From contig OZ116711.1 of the NCBI GenBank assembly GCA_964199315.1, positions 5,704,001-5,768,000 of the forward strand: a stretch of 64,000 nt of DNA, in the 5' to 3' direction. Position numbers and translations under genes: made by a program. A model generated the notes under the pieces. It did no database searches. It was not told the origin of the DNA and was given only the letters and a program-made list of their open reading frames with translations. Below, piece by piece: positions 25,101 through 35,896 of this stretch (position 1 is its first letter; each line of letters starts with the position of its first letter). The stretch comes from Orbicella franksi (taxonomy: Eukaryota).

Positions 25101-28100
25101 TGACAAGATTTGGATTGTTGAGAGTACGCAGCTTTTTCAGATGCTGTTTATCTGCACCAGTGATCCTTTCCTTTACCAAAGGACCATCCTATGAAAACAC
25201 AATAGCAGTCATTCCAAGAGGTTACTTTACAGACCTACAAATGTATTTGATGAGGCACTAAAAAATAGAATTAAATTACCATACATCCTTAACCAGCCAG
25301 TGACCAACTGGTGTAAGTGCCCATAACAACCCGTTTGCGGTCAGTAACTCGGTCACAGCATCTGATTGATCTACCTCACAAGTGACCACATCGTGAGACA
25401 GACGATCATACTTTTTTATTTATGTATTTCACCACAACTACAGCCTTTATCTAACTGTTACCTAACTGATCTGCTGAAGCAATAGCTACTATCTCACTTT
25501 GCTTACTAAGGTGAATAATATTCAATTTAAATATGTGTTTAATGCTGTATGAACTGCATGCATTGAATACACGCGTGATGGGAACTTTCAAATTTACCTC
25601 CTGCTATCCAGGCCTACTCAAATCCTCAGAAACTCGCTTCTCCAGGGATATGCTCACCCGCCTTCTGCTCCCACTCACCCATGTCTCGTTCACAATAACT
25701 ATACGTCATTTAACTCTTAACTAAGCGTTTTCATCCTATGGTCTTCACATTTATTAGTATCAGTAGGTTATTACCGTCCAGTACGGCAACATCCCTTCCC
25801 CCTTCCACCACCGCTACACAGACACACAATCATCAAATCTCTCTACCTTTCCCCGGTCGTTGTTTCGTAAGTAACGTGAACATTCCCACGTTTAATTTTG
25901 TAATCAATTTAACTCTCTCCTAAGGATATGGTATATATGGTGTACTCAAACCTCATTTGTAGGGACATCCCAGGCACCACAAAAAGCTCTTCATATCAAG
26001 CGAGATAATTTGCGAGAACTTGTATGACATAAGGAGCAATAAAATTGCCCTCAGTTAATAAGGAAGTGAGCGCGAATTATAACTATTATTTCACTACTAA
26101 CCTGTCCCAAAAATCTTTTTGGCAAATCATCAGCACCGTTGTCTGACTGAAAGAAGGAAGTCTATTGAAAGAGAAAATGCAACTTGGAGTTATCTTTGTC
26201 ACCATCCAGTTTTACTGGTACGGTGCAAAAACACTTACTTAACCGCGAAATGGTATGACGAAATCCTCTTGGAGGCCCCCCACTATTCATTTTGGTTATA
26301 CCACTTACACAGTTGTACAGTAAACACCCTCATGTCAGAACCTATGATTTCGGGGTTCAGGCTAATCAAGTTCTTATTTGCTGGGTGCTTAGTGAGAAAT
26401 CTGTCTGAAAATGTTCTTATGGTCATTCCCCAGTATTGCATTGCGCATCCCTACTGCGCATAATTTCACGCGTGATTAGCGCGTGCGCATTAAAAAATGG
26501 CGGCTTTTTCTTTACGGCTGGACCTCGCCATAAAGGTAAGTCGTCATTTTCTCGAAAACGAGTACCTTGACAATTCTCAGTGTAGAACAAAAGACAATCG
26601 TCGGAAACGTGAATTTAGCAAGCAAGCGTGACTATAATCATGGTACTATTATAAGAATTTATTGGGTATAAACGAGGTGCTGTTGCTCCTAAACCAACAC
26701 GGGGACCCCTCATTTCTATTTCAAAATTTAAGTTCCTATAATAGAAACAATCAAAAATCTCAATGCAGGTTCCATTTCAGTGGAATGACCTTAAAATGTT
26801 CTTAAAATTTGTTTCCGAAATACCTTATATTACATAATACATTACTAGAGGTTTCATTAACATATAATGTTTTATTACTTACACTTCGACACACTAAAAA
26901 AATTAATTTCAAATAAAAAATGAATGAATACCACTACCAATAAAAGTAAACATTAAGGGTTTGTAAGGTCTAGCACACCATAGTAATTTAATATCTGAGA
27001 GCTTTCTTATTCTTGCATCCTCTTTCTTTTTATGTAAGAACATGTTTTATTTATCAGGCTGAAATGGTTCTTATATTTATGGTGCTTTATTGGCCAACTT
27101 TCAACCTGATGTTCTTAATCCACTTGTTCTTATATGTGGGTGTTTATTGTTTAACTTACGTAATTGATGTGCAGCTCTAGTGGTGGCGGGTCATCCCTCG
27201 GGATCTCCTCTTTCAAAGAAAAGGATTCACAAAATTAGTGTCTGGTATTCATTATTTTTTCTTCTTAAATTTACTCAATTGTTATCCCATACGCAGAAAT
27301 CATTAGATTTGGTTGTTGTTTTCTTATGTACTTATGCAAATGGAGTATTTTTTTTTTTAATTGATTGCAGAGGAAACATGGCTGAAATTTCCAGCTCATT
27401 GTTCGACGTGAATTCCTCGTCCTAAAGCAACCCTCTCAGACGAAATCAGTCGGCTAAGGATGGCTTTATGTGTTCCGTTTTCCGCGCTGCCGTAAACAAA
27501 AAAATATATAAGTTACCTGAATTCGTTGCATGTTCTTGCAATTTCTCCAGCTTCTCTTTGAGGTCAGCAAGGGTTGGCCTTTTTCTTCGCTGCCATTCCC
27601 AACATTGCCTCATTATGTCATATTCTGCATTTTCAAAACATGATTCACGCGGCAAGACGTGTCTTTTGTACACAACCTATAACGGTGACATGCGTTGCTA
27701 TGTCAGTTAAGTGTAGATTACAATCACTTGTCTGCACCCTATCGACCCAATATCGCAAAAGTTGCTTTACACTCGACGGCCACTTTCACTGTCATTTCTT
27801 TGCGTGTTGCTCTGCGAAATCCAACCATATTGCTCTTTTTATATGTATCTATCTGCAATCCCCGTGCTGTATTCAAGACGGCGGAATCACCAGCTCTGTA
27901 CGTAGTCGTTTATTTAGCAGAATAAAGTGACTAGGTGTATTCCTACTGCTGGATGTATGCAATGATACCGTATGTAGGCTTCCCTCAGCAATTTTGCCGG
28001 GTTATTCAATCTTTCGCAGTAACTCATTTTAACTGGACCAAGGCTTTGCAGATTTTCTCTGACAATATTTATTTGCACTTTAACTAACGAAATCGTATTA

Positions 28101-31100
28101 ATTTTTTTCTCACAATAACCACTTTATACTGCAATAATCTGGCAAATACATCACAGATACAAGTACATTACTTACTGTAGAATAAGCTTAATTTTACCAC
28201 TCAATTACAGATCAGGATACTCTGATCTTTGCAGACTTGGCTACAAAAGACATGACTAGACTTAGACTAAGATCAGAATGTGAGAGGGTTTACAGATACT
28301 GTGAGAGTGAAGTATCTTGCCCAAACAGGCTCGATCCCAGACTCTTCCCATCCTGGAGTGCAACGAAGCACCGACCTACTAGGTCAGACCCTGCTGTATC
28401 AATGTTATTTCCATGAAGCAATTTCTGTCGTTCTAAAGTAATTTATGTTAAAATGGAAAGTGCGCCAGGGAAGACGTTTGAGATTTTAATCATAAAAATG
28501 ACAAATGACACAAAGTAGTCTTTTAAAATGATGAGCACAACGCTTACCTGGCTGATGACTTCATCGTCAATTGAGACGTTTCTGTATGGGCCACACCCAT
28601 ATGTGAGCACCTCGTACATAAGCACTCCAAAGGCCCACACATCAGAGGCAGTGGAATAACGGTGCTCCAAAAGACACTCTGGTGCTTGCCATCTCTTCGG
28701 CAGCTCCTCAGCTGTTGTGCTGATGAATTCTGGAAGACCATCATCCAGTGAACAATAGCTATACTGAGAATCCGGATTTTCAGCTGCAAGTAAAAATAAC
28801 ATGACATAACTTCTCATTTGAAGATTACTTTTCAATGTCGCAGTGACTTGCGGGAGATAACGTTATTGTTGTTGAGGGGGAAGCGGGGGTGGAGTTTAAA
28901 CCCGTTATAGGTAGGACTTCGTCACTAAAACGAACCTCTGGCACCCAGGGTATGGCTGCACTGCTTTTTTACTAGTTCTTTTGTACGGTATTCAAAGAAA
29001 GAGCATCTGCCTCCAAATTTTAACGATGCTCCAAAAGGCACTCGGATGCTTTCCATCTAACTGGTAAATGTCATCATTAGGACTTATAACTTCAATCTAG
29101 GCAACTGTCGTCGGCCGAACAGTAGTCGTACAATGAGTCTTGGACTGTAAATTAAAAGCAATGCATCGCAATGCCAACTCGTCGTGATAATGGAAACCTC
29201 TGTTTATCCTATGGACTACCTGACATAAAATTCATTATAACTTCTGTAAACTACCAAATGGATTTCAAGAACACGTACTTCACAGAAAGCTATTCTACTG
29301 TTCATCATTCGTATCGGTTAGGTAACAAGGCATTCATCTGTGTATTAGTTTATAATGCCTTGCTTGTCTTATACGAGTCATGCTTACATGTTATTCAATA
29401 CATAGCTTAAGATTAGTAAAATTAGTGAAGAGAAAAACTAGTGTCGTTACTAATTGTCCATAAAAAGAAATGTCAACATGTCAAGCCACTGTCAACCTTT
29501 TCAAGCCCGAAACCAATCATATTCCTTTTGTTTGCCCAATTTAGATTTGTATGTTCTCAGAGAAAATTTGAAGTGGATCTCAGTTTCCCTAACAAAACGG
29601 TACATTCACCTTAAAATTACTATAACTTTGTCTGAAAATAAATTATCAGAAAATCGAGTTTATTTACCTTCGGCAGTGGATTCAGTTTGAAGCTGTCGCA
29701 AAGAGTGCATGCCAGTTAACTTACAGACGTATTCATCGCCTACAAGAATGTTCTCGGCTCTGACAGCTCGGTGCACCAATCCTTGGTTTTGCAACAGCAG
29801 AAGAGCTTCAATTATGTCGAGGAGCATTTTGAGCAGCAGGACCGTTGGCAAAAGCTCGTTGCCTTCTCGCGAAGCTTGAACAAACTGCAGTAAGTTGCCG
29901 TATCTCTCGAACTCTGTAATGATGTGATACGGAAAGCTCTCAGTGTTGTAAGCAAGAAGAACTGTTATGTGGGGATGTTTCTGAACTCTCAATCGACTGA
30001 GGTTGTAGGCTTCTCTCACGAGACGATCTCTTGTCTCCGATTGGTCCTGAGTTTCACCTTCCAGAATGTCCTGTTTTGTCATGTGAAGGATTTTCACGAC
30101 CACTTCCTTCCTTTGAAACATGCCACGTTTGACAAAACAGCTCTGTCCTTGGCTGATGGTCATCTTGTTGACTTCTAATGTCTGATTTCGGTAGTAGGTC
30201 GTAAGGCGTTGGACGTGCAGTTCTTCTGGGAGCGCGTCTAGTAAATTGTTATTCTCAAAAAGATGGTTTGCAAAAAGCTTCTTCGTGAAAGGGTCAGGAC
30301 TAAACAGCACCTCTGAAGACATACGCTCTAGGATTACTCTGCATTCTGGTCTCCTCTGTAGCTTCTTGTCCTTTAGCAGATTTATCAAACAACTCGCAGC
30401 CTCGATTCTTAACTCTATATCCAAGGACGAAAACAAAATAATATGGAGATACTTAATATATAAAATAGCAAACCAATTCTGATCAGCAAGTAACTAAGAA
30501 ATTACTGTATTTATTATGGCTACAATACTAAAACAATCAGTGGCAAAATGAAAACATTTGAGCATTACAATGAGGGCATCAAATGCTCCTAATGTAATCA
30601 GGCAGGTCATATATGTACCTCTCGTGACGTTATTCCTTGCCACATCAGACAGGATTGATGCCCCTAACAAACAAAACCTCCAATCATCTCCACCACCCTC
30701 CTCTTGATAGGCTTCAAGGATACGCCTTAGAAGAATCATTGCTCGTCTCTCAGTACGCATCTGTCGTTTAGGACACTCACTGTGTACCTGAAGAAAGAAA
30801 AACACGGAGACAAATGAAATGGCAACTACGTTTAATTTATCACAGAGATGGAATGGGCAAATTTTTACCGGGAAAAGCATAGAGTTGCTCCATGTTTTCA
30901 AGGCATAAACTAGTAAAATAATATTTTTGTGATATGCAGAACACTTAGAGAACATCTCTTGAAGCAACAGTTTTTATTTGCGTTAAGTAGTGTCATCGTC
31001 TCTAATTGTGTGAGACTCTATATAGGAATAAGTACTATTTTCGGTTTTTGGTTCTCTAGAGGACTCGTACCTCCGTATCACCAAAACAACGTACCTTTCC

Positions 31101-32975
31101 ATGCAGATAGCACATGATGCAGTGCAGGTCAAACCATTCCCCAGCTTTCGTCTTTTTCACGACAGCTCTACTTTTCTTTAACTTTCGAAGAAACGTCAAG
31201 TCCATTACATCAAAGTCTTGTTTCTCAAATAAGCCCTGGCATTGATCAAGGCAGCCACCTAATTTTGAGGCCGCCACCTTGTTATTGGGCTTCAACAAAT
31301 AGCTTATCGCTTCTTCTATGAATTCCATGGAATAACGGAAATAGTTCTTTTTCTTGTAGTTGATCTTATCGGAGCGTATTTTCAATTCTTCTCGGAGTTT
31401 CTTTAGATCGTTGTTGAACGCCACGGTGGAGAAACCCGTTTGAATCTGATGGACAATAATCAAGCATAAGATACGCTGGTAAACAGAAAGTCGAATTTCT
31501 TTTACTGAGTCAGCTTCCTCCTTGAAAACAGCTTCCGGAGAGTTGATGGATGACCTTATAATCTTTTCCACCTTCAGAAGATTCTGCTGACAACTTTCGA
31601 GCTTATCTCTGAAGAGCAGATACTGAAGCTGCAGCAGGGCTTGTTTAACCACTTCACCGCTGCTTCGACTACTGCTTATCTTGGCCAGGATCCTGTACGC
31701 GTTCATTTTGTCGTTAGCCGATTTACCCCAGGACTTTTCCAGATACGGCAGAATGTGAAGCAGTATGAACTGCTCCTTCTCCTCTTTGAGCGGTCCATCA
31801 GCGTTGTCGAAATCCGCCACAGATTTTTCTACATCTTCGAGAAATGATGCTATGGAAGACTTAGCATCAGTGACCCCTGATGGAATAATGCACAATGATG
31901 ACTGACTATTGATTATTTGAATCATCTTCGCTGCATTGTTTTTGTACTGATGGTATCGTTTTCTTGTGAAAACTCAAGACGTTGCGTTCTCGCTGGTTGA
32001 GAATCAATTCTTGGTCGCTTTTTGTCAACTTCCCAATTTTTTCTACTCTGAGCATTTTTGAGCACCATCATATTTTCGACGATATCAGATAATCGGCAAC
32101 TTTTGCAGGTTCTTGGATTTGCTAAGTTATCGAAACTTTATATCCATAAAACAATGTTAATCTGGTTCTTTTAAAAATGGCACACCTTGCATTTTCCTAA
32201 CATCTGTGAATCATATTTGTTGGTCAGTGGAAGTACATGTAATATGGCTTAGGGGAGTGTCAGTCAATGCAAAACTCAAACAATTACTTGCAAGTAATAC
32301 GACAATTTGACAACACGGTGAAGTGGGCGGCCATGTACGTGACAATTTTCGCAGTTCCTCTTTTTTTCTATTTTATGGACAATACCTGTTTGACTCTTGC
32401 CATACTAAACAGTACATCCTGCATGAGTAATGGCTTACTAAGACTTTTTTGAGTTAACCTTTACACACATTTACCTTGTTGGGCAAGAATCCTTTTACTT
32501 GGTTTTGGATTCCACTTTGGGCCGAAGTGTTGCTGGTAATATGCCTCGTTTATGTTGGGAAAGCAATACGTTCCAGAGTTATTCTCGGATGAAAGTGACT
32601 TTCTTCCCGGTTTGGCTCTGTCGTAGATATACGTCCCATTATAAATTGGTTCCTGTTGTTCCTTGTCCCTTGAACTTCCGTGTCTAGCACTGTGTTCCTG
32701 GACATGAACATCCTCTGGAGAGACATGAAAAGATAGTAACCTGTCAATCCTTAATCAATTCAAGTTAACTACCTGGCCGGTGTTAACTCTGAACCCAGTT
32801 GGGGTGGTGGGGGGGGGGGGGGGGAGTAGTGCCATATATTGGCTATATAGGTATAGGTATGTGCCACTGTGAAGGGTATGGTTTTCAAGCAGTTTACTCT
32901 AGGATAGGGTATATAGATCAGAGCGTTTGGGTCTAGAATAGGTTATCATTTTTCACAAAACTGACTAGTTGGTTA

Positions 32976-33010
<35 letters not shown>

Positions 33011-33742
33011 CACTCAAAAATATAAAAAAAATCAAATCGGCAAGTTTAAATTTATGCAAATCAGCCTCAACAGTGTCGATAGATGGGGGGAATTTGGGAA
33101 GTTTAGTATAGGGTAGCAAAATTCAGCTGAACTAGCTCTGGTATAGGCTAAGGATTCCAGGGTCCCAGCGGCACATCGCCACCCAGAAATTCCCAAAGTA
33201 CCACCCCCCCCGGGACTCTGAATAACAACTTTTGACATTTTAACAGAGTCGATAAGGATGTGACTTATAGCATTCAGAGGAACACGAGCCAATTTGTGAG
33301 AATTCAAAAGCGATCATCATGAATACAAAAAAGCACAAACGAGCATTACTAAAGCTTTTCTTGACGAGGAGTGGAAGAAACTGAGTCAAAACGATATAGC
33401 TTGAACAAATTGCTTAATTTTTTTTCTAGCTTTTGTCCTTAAGGTAATCTGTCTCACTTTTCCTCAGTCGTACAAATCTTGCGTATTCTCGGTTTATTAC
33501 TACTTTTCCAGAAAAGCGGTTGTTTGGGATGTAACGCAACGCTCCCCAGGGGAGCGTTATGTGACCTTAGTAATGACTGAGCTAGTAAATACTGACTCAT
33601 ACGCTAAAATACAAAGTACCTCTTGCTGGTGATTGCTGGAAATTATTAGCTTGTGCTCCCGGTCCTACAGCTGTAAAACCACTTCCTGATATGCTGGTGA
33701 TGTAGTTATAGTAGAACGTCGGTCCACCAGTTTGACACGAGA
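16101..33742 (-). CDS. Tandem-pseudokinase scaffold paralogue A (start exon not found; linker micro-exons between 27160 and 25188 unresolved)
   Basis: GT-AG, phase-compatible exons: 33742-33620, 32714-32475, 31876-31095, 30787-30619, 30414-29668, 28783-28548, 27676-27517, 27209-27160, [unresolved], 25188-25051, 24440-24261, 22720-22611, 19418-19265, 18643-18498, 17463-16101. Two tyrosine-kinase-like folds (RWQAPE..DVWAFG; SPE..DVWAFG..CPD..MHQCW..RP). Confidence 0.88.
17965..18093. mobile_element. Palindromic MITE in an intron of gene A (related pieces about 17505-17630 and 42060-42260)
   Basis: ttattaaccgagc...gtctgtatgggagaa..ttgac..cggtcgtg mirrored by cacgacctcggtcaa..ttctcccatacagac...gctcggttaataa. 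Confidence 0.8.
21254..21281. repeat. (AAC)n microsatellite
   Basis: About 9 perfect units. Confidence 0.95.
22090..22405. repeat. (TTCG)n microsatellite with degenerate flanks
   Basis: ttcgttcgttcg run 22175-22210; it creates spurious ORFs. Confidence 0.9.
23612..24030. mobile_element. MITE (Harbinger-like ends) in an intron of gene A
   Basis: ttaggccccatttatatgg...cccgagacaac / gttgtctc...catgtaaaggg ends. Confidence 0.5.
27517..30414 (-). other. Pseudokinase domain 1 of paralogue A (B: 46200-48214)
   Basis: VVVK/VAVK Lys and alphaC Glu (REA) retained; catalytic loop VHRAVRAEN / VHRAVMAAN; KLTGM / KLSGM in place of DFG; RWQAPE and SDVWAFG intact. Confidence 0.85.
30619..31876 (-). other. 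Alpha-helical N-terminal region of paralogue A (homologue in B at 48540-50021)
   Basis: Leu/Ile/Glu/Lys-rich amphipathic sequence. Blocks shared by A and B: EEKE.FIL, FRYS.EFI.EAI, W.DLHC...[30 protein letters not shown]. Family not recognised. Confidence 0.7.
32800..33215. mobile_element. Non-autonomous DNA element with GGGGGG-TAC/GTA-CCCCCC ends
   Basis: Poly-G...gtagtgccatat left end and gtaccacccccccggg right end; lies in an intron of gene A. Confidence 0.65.
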
Positions 33743-34578
33743 CTTCAATAAAAAAGAAACAAAAATTCACGAATAATTGAAACAGAGAATCATGAATAAG
33801 CAGGTGTTGCCTAAACCCATTTAATTTGAGCGCTAGATCCGTTCCTCGCACGGCGGAAACGGGTTCTCCTTTCAAGAGGGAACCTGTACTCCTTTAAATA
33901 AACTCTGACCGTAAACGAATTAAGCTTGGGCCGTTTCGGGCAGAGCGTTCTTGACTAAATTCCTTTGCCGAAGTCGGTTGGATTTGAATGCTGAGTCGGG
34001 TTTAGCTTGATCAAGTGTAACATAGTTAACCTTACTGATCCTGCACGAATTCCTTAACATTATATTTGTAGCTGCCTGTCTTATCTCGAATTTAATTTGT
34101 ATTTTATGATTGGGTGTAGGTAATATTGTTATTTTATTGTTAACTTCACTTTACGTACGTAAGATTTTTTATTCAATTTTTAAATCAAGGCATAGACTGT
34201 TTCATAAATAGCTGCAATTTTAAATTCCTTTTTTAAGTATTCAAATTGGCCATACTAACCTCGTTTTTGAGGTGATAATTCAAAGGAATTTTTACACTCA
34301 AACGAGTTCAGTGAAACCAATTTTCATAAATACAACAGAATTTGAAATTGGCAGCCATTTATGTAAAAGGGTCTATATGCTTTGCGAAAACAGTGCCATA
34401 TCTCAAGCTTGAAATTTTCATTGCTTGAAATCTTTATTCCTATTAAAATATACAGCTTCAATGTAAATTAGGGTTTAATGTATGAATTATGTGATGAACA
34501 TAAGTTCGTCATCGATTGTATTAAAAACAACTGATTTTGGCAAACTGTAAGCGGAAGTCTTAATGACTTTGATTGACT

Positions 34579-35896
34579 GGGACTTTTCCCTTTCATATTG
34601 AAAATGACACATCGTGAATTTGCGCATTAACGCATGAATATTTGATTTTCTAAGGCTCGCACAGCAATTGCAGCGTAACTGAATATCACACACCAGCTGT
34701 TGTTAAATGTCCTATGCATGCTATTCTCTAACGAGGACTACATGTATACTGTATACCGAAGAGTTTGAGAGCTACTTATGTTTTGCCACGATGAAACGGG
34801 TAAAACCTCTCTGCATAGGTTAGCAAGAGTGGTGTTCTGTATATACTTACATGACTATATTACAGTGATTATTGCTATTCACAAATGCGTCGCTGGTTTA
34901 ATATGCGGTCTAAAGTGAGACAAATATAAACAACTAGCCACCTCCACTGCGGGGACTGTATCATGCTGACCTATGGCTATATGGCTAAGGTTACCAGCGT
35001 TTACCATTTAATTTCGTTGCGAAGTTAAGTGAGCTGGGAACATTTGGGGTTTGTTTTCATATTACCCAGTTGAGAATATAATTACTTTCTTACAAACAAA
35101 ACTCTTGAAGTTCAAATGATATTGCCCACAACCTCAAAAGACACAAACAAGTAAGAAAAGTTAAGAACTTACTGCCAGTTGCCGCCATTATTAGAACGAA
35201 AGTAAGGGCTAATTCCTTAACTGCGAACTCTAAAATTTCCGGCTTCACCAGCAACGATGAAATGTGGCACAACCGTTCCCCGAACACCTATTTAAGGATT
35301 AACCTAAACTGAAATCAAAACGTCTGGGAAAAATCCCATAAGGGAGTGGACACAGAAAAATCCCTTCCCCTCTAGACGATTGGACGGCAGAATTCTTGGG
35401 AAAATCCCTCCGAGTCCAAAGAGCGTATGACATCATCGATTCACAGTGGTCGTGGAGCGTTTCAGACCGAATTACAATATAGAACGTATCAGCAAAACAT
35501 TGAAGAAAATTAAAGTCGTCAGTACAGGTTATGAAAATTAAAAACAACCAACTCCAATGTGGCTTGATAGACGTGGTCAAAGTGAAGTTCATCGTAGTAC
35601 CAATTTTCGGAACTAAAAATAATGTTCGCCCATTGTAATGGGACCTACGAGCGACCCTATGTGCCTGATCAGGGAAGTCTGATCATTGTAAAATCAGTAC
35701 AAGATGACACCCCGATTCCTTCCCCTTCCTCCGGCCCATTTTGGCTAATAAACATTGCATAAACTCCTAGGTCCATTTCAGGGATCGAGGTTGTTGTGTT
35801 CTTGGACATGATATTGCCATTCGTCTTGCACAAGAGATATCTCGTGCAAATGCGCAATTTGCTCGTAAGCAGTGACAGCCCAGCCCGGAAAGTCCC
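34579..35896. promoter_or_regulatory. Cluster of kappaB-like sites upstream of gene A
   Basis: GGGACTTTTCCC 34579-34590, GGGAAAAATCCC 35326-35337, GAAAAATCCC 35355-35364, GGGAAAATCCC 35398-35408, GGAAAGTCCC (revcomp GGGACTTTCC) 35887-35896. Confidence 0.4.

Larger units (their letters stand above)
18498..25188 (-). other. Degenerate kinase domain 2 of paralogue A (B: 39688-42010; C: 59214-62256)
   Basis: HGDIRAEY / HGDLSAEH / HGDLRPEH catalytic loops; ARLG / GRLG / GRLG at the DFG position; RW.(S/A)[16 protein letters not shown] and GCPDWVY..MHQCW intact. Confidence 0.82.

Noticed and set aside
25280-26350. Several candidate micro-exons in gene A's linker
   Set aside because: Multiple conflicting phase solutions; cannot be fixed without transcripts.
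29668-30414. Calling the array JAK, MLKL, RIPK or a receptor tyrosine kinase
   Set aside because: No FERM/SH2, no TM or signal peptide, two degenerate folds. Similarity is architectural only, so no gene symbol is assigned.
32550-32747. [14 protein letters not shown]... as the real exon frame
   Set aside because: It ends in a stop. The acceptor at 32714 gives an open phase 1-1 frame ending [11 protein letters not shown], homologous to B.
34030-34060. Candidate first exon of gene A (MLRNSCRI, A|gtaagg)
   Set aside because: Phase fits, but the donor is weak and there is no homology to B's MSSED exon; left unresolved.
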